Of a DNA stretch of 64,000 nt, positions 52,047-64,000 are shown one piece after another. Origin of the DNA: Macrostomum lignano. Its lineage: Eukaryota. Within the stretch, counting starts at the first letter, position 1, and each line of letters opens with the position of its first letter. The position numbers were made by a program, and so were the translations under genes. The stretch is from NCBI GenBank assembly GCA_002269645.1, contig NIVC01002475.1, forward strand, positions 60,826 to 124,825. The letters run 5' to 3'. The notes beneath the pieces were generated by a model. It ran no database searches. It was not told the DNA's origin and worked only from the letters and a program-made list of their open reading frames with translations.

Positions 52047-54815
52047 TCAGAAGAACGCAATAGACTGGTCAGAGGTTTCAAAAACTGACGCGGAGTCTCG
52101 ACAAGCGAACCGATCTGACAGCCTGGACACGGTGCTGATCTGAGCGCAGGTGCATCGTCGCAGGCGACGAGGAACGTTCGAGTTCAACGCTTGACGCACA
52201 GCAGCCTCGGCAGGATTTTTCGAAGATTTCATTTCGGATTCGTTTGAGTCGACTGACGTTCGGGTCGCTCGAGTATTGTCCAGATCTTCGTCGTACTCTT
52301 CATCGTCTAAGTCGAGATCTTCGTCAAGATCTTCCTCCTGCTGCTCGTCGTCAGCGTCCTGACGATCGGAAGTCCTGCGGCAGCCGCACTCGGTGCAGAG
52401 TCCGGCCGTCTGAGTAAGTGAGTGATGGACTGACTGACTGACTGACTGACTGACTGACTGACTGACTGACTGACTGACTGACTGACTGACTGACTGACTG
52501 ACTGACTGACTGACTGACTGACTGACTGACTGACTGACTGACTGACTGACTGACTGACTGACTGACTGACTGACTGACTGACTGACTGACTGACTGACTG
52601 ACTGACTGACTGACTGACTGACTGACTGACTGACTGACTGACTGACTGACTGACTGACTGACTGACTGACTGACTGACTGACTGACTGACTGACTGACTG
52701 ACTGACTGACTGACTGACTGACTGACTGACTGACTGACTGACTGACTGACTGACTGACTGACTGACTGATTGACTGACTTGAGTGAGTGACTGACTGACT
52801 GACTGACTGACTGACTGACTGACTGACTGACTTAAGTGAGTGGGTGACTGACTGACTGACTGACTGACTTAAGTGAGTGGGTGACTGACTGACTGACTGA
52901 CTGACTGACTGACTGACTGACTGACTGACTGACTGACTGACTGATTGACTGACTTGAGTGAGTGACTGACTGACTGACTGACTGACTGACTGACTGACTG
53001 ACTGACTGACTGACTGACTGACTGACTGACTGACTGACTGACTGACTGACTGACTGACTGACTGACTGACTGACTGACTGACTGACTGACTGACTGACTG
53101 ACTGACTGACTGACTGACTGACTGACTGACTGACTGACTGACTGACTGACTGATTGACTGACTTGAGTGAGTGACTGACTGACTGACTGACTGACTGACT
53201 GACTGACTGACTGACTTAAGTGAGTGGGTGACTGACTGACTGACTGACTGACTTAAGTGAGTGGGTGACTGACTGACTGACTGACTGACTGACTGACTGA
53301 CTGACTGACTGACTGACTGACTGACTGATTGACTGACTTGAGTGAGTGACTGACTGACTGACTGACTGACTGACTGACTGACTGACTGACTGACTGACTG
53401 ACTGACTGACTGACTGACTGACTGACTGACTGACTGACTGACTGACTGACTGACTGACTGACTGACTGACTGACTGACTGACTGACTGACTGACTGACTG
53501 ACTGACTGACTGACTGACTGACTGACTGACTGACTGACTGACTGACTGACTGACTGACTGACTGACTGACTGACTGACTGACTGACTGACTGACTGACTG
53601 ACTGACTGACTGACTGACTGACTGACTGACTGACTGACTGACTGACTGACTGACTGACTGACTGACTGACTGACTGACTGACTGACTGACTGACTGACTG
53701 ACTGACTGACTGACTGACTGACTGACTGACTGACTGACTGACTGACTGACTGACTGACTGACTGACTGACTGACTGACTGACTGATTGACTGACTTGAGT
53801 GAGTGACTGACTGACTGACTGACTGACTGACTGACTGACTGACTGACTGACTGACTGACTGACTGACTGACTGACTGACTGACTGACTGACTGACTTAAG
53901 TGAGTGGGTGACTGACTGACTGACTGACTGACTTAAGTGAGTGGGTGACTGACTGACTGACTGACTGACTGACTGACTGACTGACTGACTGATTGACTGA
54001 CTTGAGTGAGTGACTGACTGACTGACTGACTGACTGACTGACTGACTGACTGACTGACTGACTGACTGACTGACTGACTGACTGACTGACTGACTGACTG
54101 ACTGACTGACTGACTGACTGACTGACTGACTGACTGACTGACTGACTGACTGACTGACTGACTGACTGACTGACTGACTGACTGACTGATTTACCAGCCC
54201 AGAACGAACCTGCTGAGCCGCACTCCCCACAGCGGACGCAATCGAGTAGGACGACAGTTCACCAGCCGGAGTCTCCGTTGTCTGAGTCGCGTCATCCTCG
54301 CAGTCGTCATCCTCGTCATCAGCGTCCCAGCAGCCCTGTCTGGAGGACCCTGCACCTCCTGTCGCTATGAGCTTCTCCTCATCCATGTCTTTCATGCGTC
54401 GTGTAACGTACAGGCCACACAAGAAGACTCCGGCAATTAAGCAGAGACCGAAAGCTGAGCACAGCAGAGCCAAGGTCTCAAACAGGCCCAGCTGTCGTCT
54501 TCCGCTGCCAGCAGTCGAAGGCCGAGCGTCAGGCAGCGGGGTCGCCAGAGTCGAGTTGCCATCAGACAGCTCATCGTCTCCCCCAGCTTTGGCACCACCG
54601 CTGCCGCTGTTGAACACGAAGCTGATCAGAAAGACAACGCTTGCGATTGAGGACAGGACAAAGCCGATGTAGAACAGCTTCTGCGCTCCGGCGCAATCCG
54701 ACTTGTAATTGTAGGGCGGCGGCGTCAACAAACGAAGCTTGCGTTGTCCGCGACGTCGGCCCCGATCGATGAGTCGGCGAAGTCGCGGCAACGACTGGAG
54801 CTGAGGTCGACGCAT
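52047..54815 (-). CDS. Uncharacterised two-TM membrane protein, 2 exons (54815-54195, 52409-52047), about 327 aa
   Basis: TM1 LFYIGFVLSSIASVVFLISFVF, TM2 LALLCSAFGLCLIAGVFLCGLYV; donor CTG|GTAAAT, acceptor cacttactcag; the phase-0 join continues into TAGLCTECGC, an acidic stretch and the ORF-track peptide MKSSKNPAE. Confidence 0.7.
52428..54189. repeat. (GACT)n microsatellite, about 1.76 kb, filling an intron
   Basis: Near-perfect array with recurring variant cassettes. Confidence 0.98.
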
Positions 54816-55775
54816 TTCGTTTCGCGAACCGCCCCCCTCCCTAAGCTGGCTTCAACCTGCTGGGATTAAAACGAAGAGAAGTTTCTGCTGCGTGTTTTGA
54901 AGCGGCTTTCTGCTTTTGAGAGGGACAGGGCTGCTGCTGCTGCTGCTGCTGAGTGCTCCGTCTCGGGAGCAGCCAATGAGCTTGGCTTGCATCCCCTATT
55001 TCTGCTTTTTCTCCTAGTCCCACTCTCTACACTTCTCAGAGAGTAGCCTTGCGTTTCGTTTACCCTTATTCTGTTTGCTTGTTAACCATTTGGCTTTAGT
55101 GTGCACTGTTGCAATAAAGTTGGTAGCTGTACTTGACTTTGCATGCAGCCGTACCTGTTGCAGCTTCTGGGTCTAATCTCTGGGCTATTTTAGTCTTAAA
55201 TTTACGAAAACTCATCACGAGAAAACGTTTGTGCTCTTACAAAATTGTTTCATCTAAAGACAAATCGGGATAATTGGTCATTCATTTAGTTCGAGCAAAT
55301 ATCTTCTGCTAGGCTAATATGGACTCGTGTGTGGTCATAAATTATCAGAAAATTGGGGTTTTTTAGGCAAGCCAGAAAGGCTGGCAACCCAATAAATCTG
55401 TCTTGTTCAGGAGAGAGAGTGTGCAGACTAGTCTAAATTGATGTCATGCATGTAGTTTACTATAGAATATAAAGTGCAAGTAAGTAATCCGACATATCAT
55501 TCGTACTGCAAGTTATACTGCAAGATTTCGAAGTAAATGTCTAGCTCGCTACTTCCAGTAGAGCCGACCGTTTTTTGCAAAGATTTTTTATACAATGTTT
55601 ATTCGGCAATAAAGAGATAATACTTACAGAGTAGTTTGCTCAACCAATAAATTTGACAATGGCTAAAACGATTTGCTTTCAACAAACACCATTAGCGATA
55701 TCAGCATAAAATGAGGGAAGTTGCTAAAAACTTCACTGTTAGGTAAGGATCGTCTGTACCTGCAGACAGGGGGAG

Positions 55776-57398
55776 ATGCTGTCCGAAGCCCTGACTAAAT
55801 ACGCAGGCGAGGCCAGCACCCACTGCCTCTCCAGGCTGGCTGGTGGCAGACCCGGCTACGTCAGGGCCTTCTGGTTTGTCACGCTTCTGGCGTCTGTGAC
55901 TCTCTGCTCAATTCGTATGCGCAACGCTTTTGAAAGCTACTCTAAAAACAGTCTAAAGACGACTTTTAGAGCCAATGAGCTTGATTTTAGATTCCCGGAT
56001 ATCTACTTTTGCAATGAGATTCCAATTTCTGGTAGTTACTCGGTGATGCTCAGCGCCGCGGACGCCGAACTGCTGAGTCGTTACCGCCAGCTGGTCAACG
56101 CAAGCATCGAAGGATTTCCGCACCAAAATAGGGTTGGGAACTACAACATCAGATTAGTGAACACGCTGCCGTTCAACTTTCTAGCCGACAAAATGGCGCA
56201 CAAATCCGACCAGCTGGTTGTGTCGTACTACTTCAACGGAAATTTCACGCCTCAGCTTCGCACGCTGAGGCATGCCGACCATTTGAACTGTTTCAAGCTA
56301 GATTTGACGGAGTCGGACATTCGAGCTCTGCAAAGTCCTACCAGCTACATGCAGATCGGCTTGTTCTTGGACCCGCTGCTTCCAAAGCCATTTGACAACT
56401 CTACTGAGCAGGACTTGTTTTACTACGGTAGCTCGAGGATCAACGTAAAACCAGTTGACTGGAGTTTCAGCTTCGGCGTCGATTTTTTTCAAGCCAGCGG
56501 CATCCAACTGTTCATTGTGCCTCAGTATGAGTATCCCAGCAGGTGGGGTCATTCTTTTCGCATTGGACCAGGCCAGCACCACAAGCTGTCAATCAGCATG
56601 CAGGAAACCGTCTACGACGACGAAGTGAGTGACAGATGCTTTGGAAGAAGCAATGCCAATACTGGGGCCTTTCTGAACCCCTACTCTGGCGACAGGCAGA
56701 AGTTCAGAAACACTCCGATCGTGTGCTGGTACCGAGAAATTGTCAGACTATCCATGGAGCGATTCGGCTGCGTTTTAGAGCGAATTCCGCTTCCCTGGGA
56801 ACACAGATGGGCGCCGTACTGCTTCAACATAACGCAGTTCCCAGCTAGTTTAAACGTCTCCAGAGAGGGGATACTTGAAAGAGAGCGAATACTTTTCAAC
56901 GCGACCAGAAAGTGCTCCGAAATGGCCGCCTGTCGGCAGAGATCATACAGCTACACTTATTCATCCAGCCTTTGGCCGACCGAACGGGTTTGGAGATCGT
57001 ATTTGCGAGAACAAATATTAGAGAAGATTTCGATGGCCAACGGACCAACCCCCGGACTCTCCTACCTAGTGGACAATGCCACTATGCAGCAGGTTCGCGA
57101 TTCTCTACTGCTGCTGGAAATCTCATCGGCTGAATTCCGCAGCAATTTGGTGTTGCTGTCACTCGACTACAGTTTCGATGCATTGGTTGCGAATGTCGGC
57201 GGCCTGCTGGGTTTGTTCCTTGGCATGTCGCTGCTGTCGGCTCTGGAGCTGCTGGAGCTGCTACACGACTGCTGCCTGATTGCCTGGCAACGGGTTCAAC
57301 AACGAACAAAGCGAAGAACGGCGGATGAGACCGTTGACGTGGCCAACTCTACGACTTGCTCCGAGATTTCTGGAGTATGGGCAGCAAAAGCAGAATGA
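55776..57398 (+). CDS. DEG/ENaC family sodium channel, copy 1 (intact, intronless, 540 aa)
   Basis: Pre-M1 THxLxR, TM1, FPDIYFCN, LNCF, Cys-rich thumb, TM2 LVANVGGLLGLFLGMSLLSALELLE. Confidence 0.92.
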   Translation: MLSEALTKYAGEASTHCLSRLAGGRPGYVRAFWFVTLLASVTLCSIRMRNAFESYSKNSLKTTFRANELDFRFPDIYFCNEIPISGSYSVMLSAADAELLSRYRQLVNASIEGFPHQNRVGNYNIRLVNTLPFNFLADKMAHKSDQLVVSYYFNGNFTPQLRTLRHADHLNCFKLDLTESDIRALQSPTSYMQIGLFLDPLLPKPFDNSTEQDLFYYGSSRINVKPVDWSFSFGVDFFQASGIQLFIVPQYEYPSRWGHSFRIGPGQHHKLSISMQETVYDDEVSDRCFGRSNANTGAFLNPYSGDRQKFRNTPIVCWYREIVRLSMERFGCVLERIPLPWEHRWAPYCFNITQFPASLNVSREGILERERILFNATRKCSEMAACRQRSYSYTYSSSLWPTERVWRSYLREQILEKISMANGPTPGLSYLVDNATMQQVRDSLLLLEISSAEFRSNLVLLSLDYSFDALVANVGGLLGLFLGMSLLSALELLELLHDCCLIAWQRVQQRTKRRTADETVDVANSTTCSEISGVWAAKAE

Positions 57399-57758
57399 AG
57401 CAACGCTCAGTTAATTAGGAAAATCTCATTGGGAATAACTAATGACAGTTTAAGCACTTTGAAGCGTATTAAACCGACCGTTGACTTGACGCGAGTTTCG
57501 AGTGTATAGCAACCTTCTGCTTTACCTGTCCTGAGTTAAACTTTAAAGCAACTACTCTAATTTCATAACACAATTTTTGAGTTTCATCCAATTAGTTTGA
57601 AAGTTTAAGCGAGCAGAAGTGACTAGCAATAGTATTTTGATAACGTGACATTTCGAGCTTGTGTGAGAGTGATCAAACCTTTTTTTATTTTTCTACCATA
57701 TGAAGTTTCGAGTTCATGAAAAATGACTCGAAACTTAAAAAATGAATTGCGAGCTTTT

Positions 57759-58298
57759 GAAATGTCGAGGTTGTGAAATGTCGAGGTTGTGAAATGTCGA
57801 GGTTGTGAAATGTCGAGGTTGTGAAATGTCGAGGTTGTGAAATGTCGAGGTTGTGAAATGTCGAGGTTGTGAAATGTCGAGGTTGTGAAATGTCGAGGTT
57901 GTGAAATGTCGAGGTTGTGAAATGTCGAGGTTGTGAAATGTCGAGGTTGTGAAATGTCGAGGTTGTGAAATGTCGAGGTTGTGAAATGTCGAGGTTGTGA
58001 AATGTCGAGGTTGTGAAATGTCGAGGTTGTGAAATGTCGAGGTTGTGAAATGTCGAGGTTGTGAAATGTCGAGGTTGTGAAATGTCGAGGTTGTGAAATG
58101 TCGAGGTTGTGAAATGTCGAGGTTGTGAAATGTCGAGGTTGTGAAATGTCGAGGTTGTGAAATGTCGAGGTTGTGAAATGTCGAGGTTGTGAAATGTCGA
58201 GGTTGTGAAATGTCGAGGTTGTGAAATGTCGAGGTTGTGAAATGTCGAGGTTGTGAAATGTCGAGGTTGTGAAATGTCGAGGTTGTGAAATGTCGAGG
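57759..58298. repeat. Perfect 16-bp tandem array (gaaatgtcgaggttgt) x33.7
   Basis: No variant units seen. Confidence 0.98.
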
Positions 58299-58761
58299 TC
58301 GCATCTTCTGCCTTAAGTGACTAAACCTGTAGAATGATTTTTGTATCGCTTTCTTCAATAGTAAATCTTTTTTTAAACTGCCCCAGCCTCTGAATATCTG
58401 CTTTAGATGATAAAATCTTTCTATTTATTCTTCTATCTGCGCAAATTTTTGACGTGGCAAATTTCACGCTTTTGCTTGATAATCCAGATAATCTAATATA
58501 CTCTACAGTCGCGAGCTTACGCTGAGCTTGCTCAAATTAAACAGGACACGCAAGTCTCTTGGCTTAGTTCAGCTTCGAATTGATTAGACGATCGATTAAA
58601 ATTTGTTTAAAGAGAGAGAAAATGATTAATGCAACCGGATCGAACAAGTCATATTTACCGAGCTAACAACGCCCAGTTAATGCATCTAGTCAAACAGAGA
58701 TCATTATTGATAAAATCAATAGTCCCATGCTGCAGCCAGGCAGAATCAACTCAGATCAACA

Positions 58762-60310
58762 ATGCTGTCAGAAGCGCTGAAAAACTTTGCCACGGACGCT
58801 ACGACTCACAGTCTCGCTCGGCTGTCGAGCGACAGACCAGTCTACATCAAAGCCTTCTGGCTGCTTGCGTTCCTAACATTTCTGTGTCTGTGCTGTACAA
58901 GAATCGGCGAGTTTTACCACACTTTTCAACGAGGCGACCTGAAGACTACCATTCGAGCAGATCAAGTCAAGTTTGAATTCCCAGACATTTACATCTGCAA
59001 TGAAAATCCAATTTCAGGCAGCTATTACGGCATTTTAAGTCCCGAAGACGTTGAGCTAATCTCTAAATACAAGCGTTTGGTCAGCGACAGCATGGCTGGA
59101 ATCGAATTCGGTGATTCGAACTTCGCACATTACACCTATTTTGCCCGTCTGGTCAACACTCTGCCCTATCAGTTTCTGTCTGACAAACTGGGGCGTCGGG
59201 TCAACCAGCTAGCCGTTCAGTTTTTGTTCGACGGAGACCCGACGCCTAAATTCGAATTCAGAGGCACAGCGCTCTTCTTAACTGTTTCACTCTAAACTTT
59301 ACGGAGTCGGACTACGAGGTATTGAGCAACCCGGTTTCATACATACAGATGGGCCTATTCTTGACTTGCTGGAGCCTCCAGTGGCATTTGACAACTCGGG
59401 GTTTCACCGGTGCATTGGAATTTGCTGTTCGGGCTAGGATTTTCAATGCCGACTGGGTTCTCAGTTTTAATAACGCCCAGAGGTCAGCATCCGTCGCTTC
59501 AGACGCCAGACTGCAGATTGGACGGGGCAGAGCCATCGACTGTCGCTAAAGATGCAAGACACTGTCTACGAAGAAGACCTCAAAGGAGACAGATGCTTTG
59601 AGATGATAAATCCGAGGAATTGCTCGATCCATACACAATGGGAGTGTACAAGGTTAAATTCAGCTTAGACGAATGCGGTTACCGTGAAATCGTCCGACAG
59701 TCAATGAGAAGTTCAACTGCGTTCCCTGGCAAATGACTTTGCCTTGGGATCTCCGACGATCGCCCATGTGCTTCAACCTGACACAGTTTCCTAGAAGCCT
59801 AGTCCTGAACAAGACGGTAATGAAGGAGAGGGAGAGAGTTGTTGGATTTGCCACAGCCAAGTGTGCTAAACACGTGCCGTGCCGCAGACGTTCTTACACT
59901 TTCGACTATTCGACGAGTCTCTGGCCGACAGAAAAAGACTGGTCTGGCTATCTGCGAGAGCACATTGCGACTAACCTGCTGGATCAGGGCGGCCCAACGC
60001 CCGGTTTTCGACAGCTGGTCCACAATGCAACATTTCGTCAGGTCCAAGAGTCGCTTGTCTACCTGGAGATGTTTGCGGACAAGTATATGTGCCAGGAGGT
60101 TCGCCTGTCGTATGCCTACTCGTTCAACTCGCTGATAGCTGACATTGGCGCATCCTGGGCCTGTTCTTGGGCATGTCGCTGCTGTCGCTGCTGGAAGTGC
60201 TGGAGCTGCTGCACGACTGCGGCCTGATTGCGTGTCGACGGCTGCAGACGAGGACAGCGACAAGGAAGACGGCGGATGCCAGTTCAACCGATATGGCACG
60301 TTCTAATTGA
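58762..60310 (+). pseudogene. DEG/ENaC copy 2, several frameshifts (pseudogene or sequencing error)
   Basis: FATDATTHSLARL, FPDIYICNE, TM2 reached after frame changes at about 59270, 59365, 59705, 60150; TGA at 60308-60310. Confidence 0.75.
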
Positions 60311-61318
60311 GCTTAGAGAAGCTTCGCAACTTTTACTAACTTTTCTGTTGTTTTAAATTCTCCTATCTTTATAAACTGGTAATCTATTTAGAAAAATTCT
60401 TTTCCAGTTATTGTTAATTCCTGTCCTTTTGCTGTAGTTAGGCTCCTATTATGATATTATGATTTCGATGCAGACAGACGAATCTTGAAAATTCCTCAAT
60501 GAACTTTGCTGCTTCAGCCCTCTGTGCATATCAGTACTCGTATCCTGTGAATATTACCATGCCTATTTGACCAAATGCTACGCGAAGAAATCCAGCAATG
60601 GCATCGACTGCTGGTTTTAAGTTAAAACAAATTTCTACTCCGTTGTAGATAATGATGGTTTCGACCTTTCGGCCCCTTGTGGGGAACCTTCGGCCTCAGG
60701 TCTCAGAGATAAATCAATTCGAGTCCTGGCCTGCGATAGTGAGCGTGAGCGTAAACTGCGCTTCATCTACCGCAACTGACTCAACATCCTCTTCAAAAAA
60801 TTAGTCAGAAATCTGCTTGTTTGGCACGCACTGTTTGCTAAAAAGCAACCATATTCCTGCCACTTTATTTGACCAGAGAAAATATAACCAGTATATTAGC
60901 TAGCTGTCGTGTAAAAATGACTCGCCATAAGAGTCATCCATGAGCTACGTTGCATACATTATTTAATGAAAGACTTTGCTAGATGGATTCGATCCCGATT
61001 AGGATTTTAATCCCAGAAAAAAGCTACTGGCAAAATTGATAGCTAATTTACACAGAGACAACACTTCAGCTTTCTAAATTGATCTCCGAGCTTAACAGCC
61101 ATGGATCTTTGACTGTCCAGCTGTCAATCAAGACGTCACTATACGATATGTAGCAAGGCTGTTTACCGATGACTGAAGCTTGATCCAGTTAGAGTTAGTA
61201 CTTGACAAACATACGGAGTTCGAGTTGGATCCCACAGGGGATAAAACTCTCAAACATGTCCGGTAACTGCAACACTGCTCTCATTGAGTTTGAAGCGCTC
61301 AACCCTCTCAGCTCAGCC

Positions 61319-62958
61319 ATGCTGTCAACGCGCCATCGCAAAGTACGCCAAGAGGCCACGACCCACAGTTTGTCCCGTATCGCAGGCGAACGGCCTCTCT
61401 ATGTCAGAGTCCTCTGGCTGCTCGTCTTCTTGGCCTCCGTCATCCTGTGCGTGGTGCGAATAGTTGAGACTTACAGCAGCTTTGCCAAAGCCGAGCTCAA
61501 AACCACCATTAGAGCCAATGAGCTGGACTTTGTCTTTCCCGAGCTGCACATCTGCAAAGAGAAGCCCATCTCCGGTAGCTACTCGTCACGCTCAGCGCTG
61601 AAGACAATGCGTTGCTAAGCCGGTATCGAGCTCTGGTCAACCGCAGCCTCGCTGGAGTCTACAAGGAGCTCGTAGCTGACGACTTTCTGCCTGAGAACTA
61701 CGCAATCCGGCTCATTAACACCCTGCCATTCCAGTTTCTCTTCGACAAGATGGCGCTCAGGGCCAGCCAACTGGTCTTCATGTACTATTTTGAAGGAAAA
61801 TCGACTCCGAAAATTAGCACCTTCAGACACCGCTGTACCTCAACTGCTTCACAATCGATTTCACCGACAAGGAAATCCGATCCCTGCAAAATCCATCGAA
61901 TTACTTTCAGATTGGCCTGTTCCTGGACCCTCCGCTGCCTCATTCATTCGACAACTCCACTGAGCAGGACGCTCTACCTTTATTCGGATCGTTCATCAAC
62001 CCGAAGCCCTCGGACTGGACCTTCAGGCACGGCTTGGACTATTCTGTGGCTCGCGGATTCGAAATATTCATCACGCCTCGAGGCCAGCACCCCAGCTTCA
62101 TGGACGCCACTCTGAACGTCGGGCCCGGCCAGAGCCACCGCTTGAAAATCAAAATGAAGGACACCATCTTTGATGCCGACGTGAGCTCGAGATGTCTTGC
62201 GGCTGACAGCAGCAGCAAAAGTGTCAATATTTTTGATCCGTACACACAGGGCAAGCGAACCTTCAACTACAGCCACGTGGACTGCTGGTACAGAGAGATC
62301 GCACGGATGTCCTTGGAGCTGTTTAACTGCACTCCCTGGGGTTACCCGCTTCCTTGGAGTACAGATCTCTGCCTTCGTGCTTCAACCTGACGCAGTTCCC
62401 AAGCGGCACAATACTAACCAGTCGGTTACTGGAAGACAGGGAGATGATGCTGTACAAAGCAACGCTGCGCTGCGCTAACAAGGTTCCGTGTCGTCAGAGA
62501 ACTTACAGCTACGAATATTCGTCGGCTCAGTGGCCTACGGAAAGAGATTGGCAGATGTACTTCAAGAAGTACATCGCATTGTATAAGGTAGAGAAGAACG
62601 GTCTCACGCCAGGCTTCTCTTACCTGCGTGAGCAATGCCACAATGGAGCAGCGTGCGCCAGTCACTACTATTCTTAGAAGTATCTGGCGCACAACTTCAC
62701 AGCCAGGAGGTGCGGCTGTCTCCGGCGTACAGCTTCAACTCATTGGTTGCGGATGTCGGCGGCCTGCTGGGCTTGTTCCTTGGCATGTCGCTGCTGTCGG
62801 CTCTGGAGCTGCTGGAGCTGCTGCACGACTGCTGCCTGATTGCCTGGGAACGGATTCAACAACGAACAAAGCGAAGAACGGCGGATGAGACGGTTGACCC
62901 GGCCAACTCTACGACTTGCTCCGAGATTTCTGGAGTATGGGCAGCAACAGCAGATTGA
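61319..62958 (+). pseudogene. DEG/ENaC copy 3, several frameshifts (pseudogene or sequencing error)
   Basis: ATTHSLSRI, FPELHIC, ITPRGQHPS, DCWYREI, LVADVGGLLGLFLGMS spread over several frames. Confidence 0.75.
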
Positions 62959-63584
62959 AACAACGCTTGCTTGTAGCTTGTGAATTTTCCTGCTTATGAC
63001 AGTTGAAGCACTTTCAAGTGGCACGTTCAACCTGACTGACATGATTACAATTTCTCTTTTACTCGATTAAAGCATTACAAGCTTTTTACTGGTACCTTCT
63101 GTGATCTGTGTTCACTTCGACGAGACAAATATTATTATTTTACGTTTTCTAAGGCCCAAAATTTAATCTAAGCTATCAACTTTAGAGACAGTAAAACAAA
63201 TAAACAAATATACTTTTCTTGCTATAGTTTAAAAACTGAAAGTAACACTAACTTTCGTTCTTTATTTCTTAACTTATGTACAGGCGTACTCGTATGTCCC
63301 AGTCTTCCTACTCGTTAAGTAGACGCGGGCTCGCTTGCATAAAATTTATTTGTTTACCAGGCTGACGAAGGATCAGGTCGGGATCCAAGAGACTTCTGTT
63401 GAAAGTTATTTTACAGAAGTGTGATTGATTAATAACTAATTGGAGAATCAGAGCTTTCTAACGGAGTCTTTTCATTTTTTGTGGCAAACATTTTTGCTGT
63501 TCATTAGATTGTGAACTTTGAGATCATTAAAGAAGCTGTTGAGCTAGTGTCCAGCAGAGAGGCGACAATTTGATCACGTGGCAG

Positions 63585-63990
63585 TTTGGCGCCACTCAAA
63601 CCAGTTTGGCGCTAACTCAAACCAGTTTGGCGCTTACTCAAACCAGTTTGGCGCCACTCAAACCACTCAAACCAGTTTGGCGCTTACTCAAACCAGTTCG
63701 GCGCTAACTCAAACCAGTTTTGCGCCCACTCAAAACAGTTTGGCGCCACTCAAACCAGTTTGGAGCCACTCAAACCAGTTTGGCGCCACTCAAACCAGTT
63801 TGGAGCCACTCAAACCAGTTTGGAGCCACTCAAACCAGTTTGGCGCCATTGAAACCAGTTTGGCGCCACTGAAACTAGTTTGGCGCTACTCAAACCAGTT
63901 TGACGCCATTGAAACCAGTTTAACGCCACTGAAACCAGTTTGGCGCCACTCAAAGCAGTTTGGCGCCACTCAAACCTGTTCGGCTTCACT
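63585..63990. repeat. About 20-bp minisatellite (ggcgccactcaaaccagttt)
   Basis: Direct inspection; runs nearly to the window end. Confidence 0.9.
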
Positions 63991-64000
63991 CAAAAAATTA

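Noticed and set aside
53253-54194. Poly-SQSV extension of the 520-aa ORF as real protein
   Set aside because: It begins at a good donor (GTAAAT), and an in-phase downstream exon exists at 52409; better explained as an intron.
55743-55765. 23-nt GTAAGG...CTGCAG just upstream of the ENaC copy 1 ATG
   Set aside because: Far shorter than the smallest introns here (74-91 nt); cannot be supported without transcripts.

Overview
Eukaryotic (animal, invertebrate-like) genomic DNA with GT-AG introns and many minisatellites; a free-living flatworm such as Macrostomum is a guess from sequence style only. (1) A minus-strand ORF of at least 648 codons (1944 to <1) has an N-terminal LOTUS/OST-HTH domain; it is absent from the ORF track because it runs off the window. 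(2) An 18-exon fused NADH-type glutamate synthase (GLT1-like, 5813-35565, +, about 2156 aa after correcting one 1-nt deletion) has nearly every long intron filled by a different minisatellite. (3) GLT1 intron 15 holds an antisense 3-exon animal alpha-amylase with an extra C-terminal domain, plus an orphan antisense exon encoding a transmembrane segment. (4) There is a probable tRNA-derived SINE. (5) A young, intact 7.15-kb Ty3/Gypsy element (near-identical LTRs, CTAG TSD, tRNA-His PBS, GGGAAAC frameshift site) sits inside a 34-bp satellite and carries, between pol and the 3' LTR, an extra ORF resembling a TatD nuclease fold that has lost most metal ligands. This is the most unusual item. (6) A 2-exon, 2-TM orphan gene has an intron made almost entirely of (CAGT)n. 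(7) Three tandem intronless DEG/ENaC genes follow, two of them frameshifted. All domain calls come from motif recognition by eye; no searches were run. Repeat end points are approximate.
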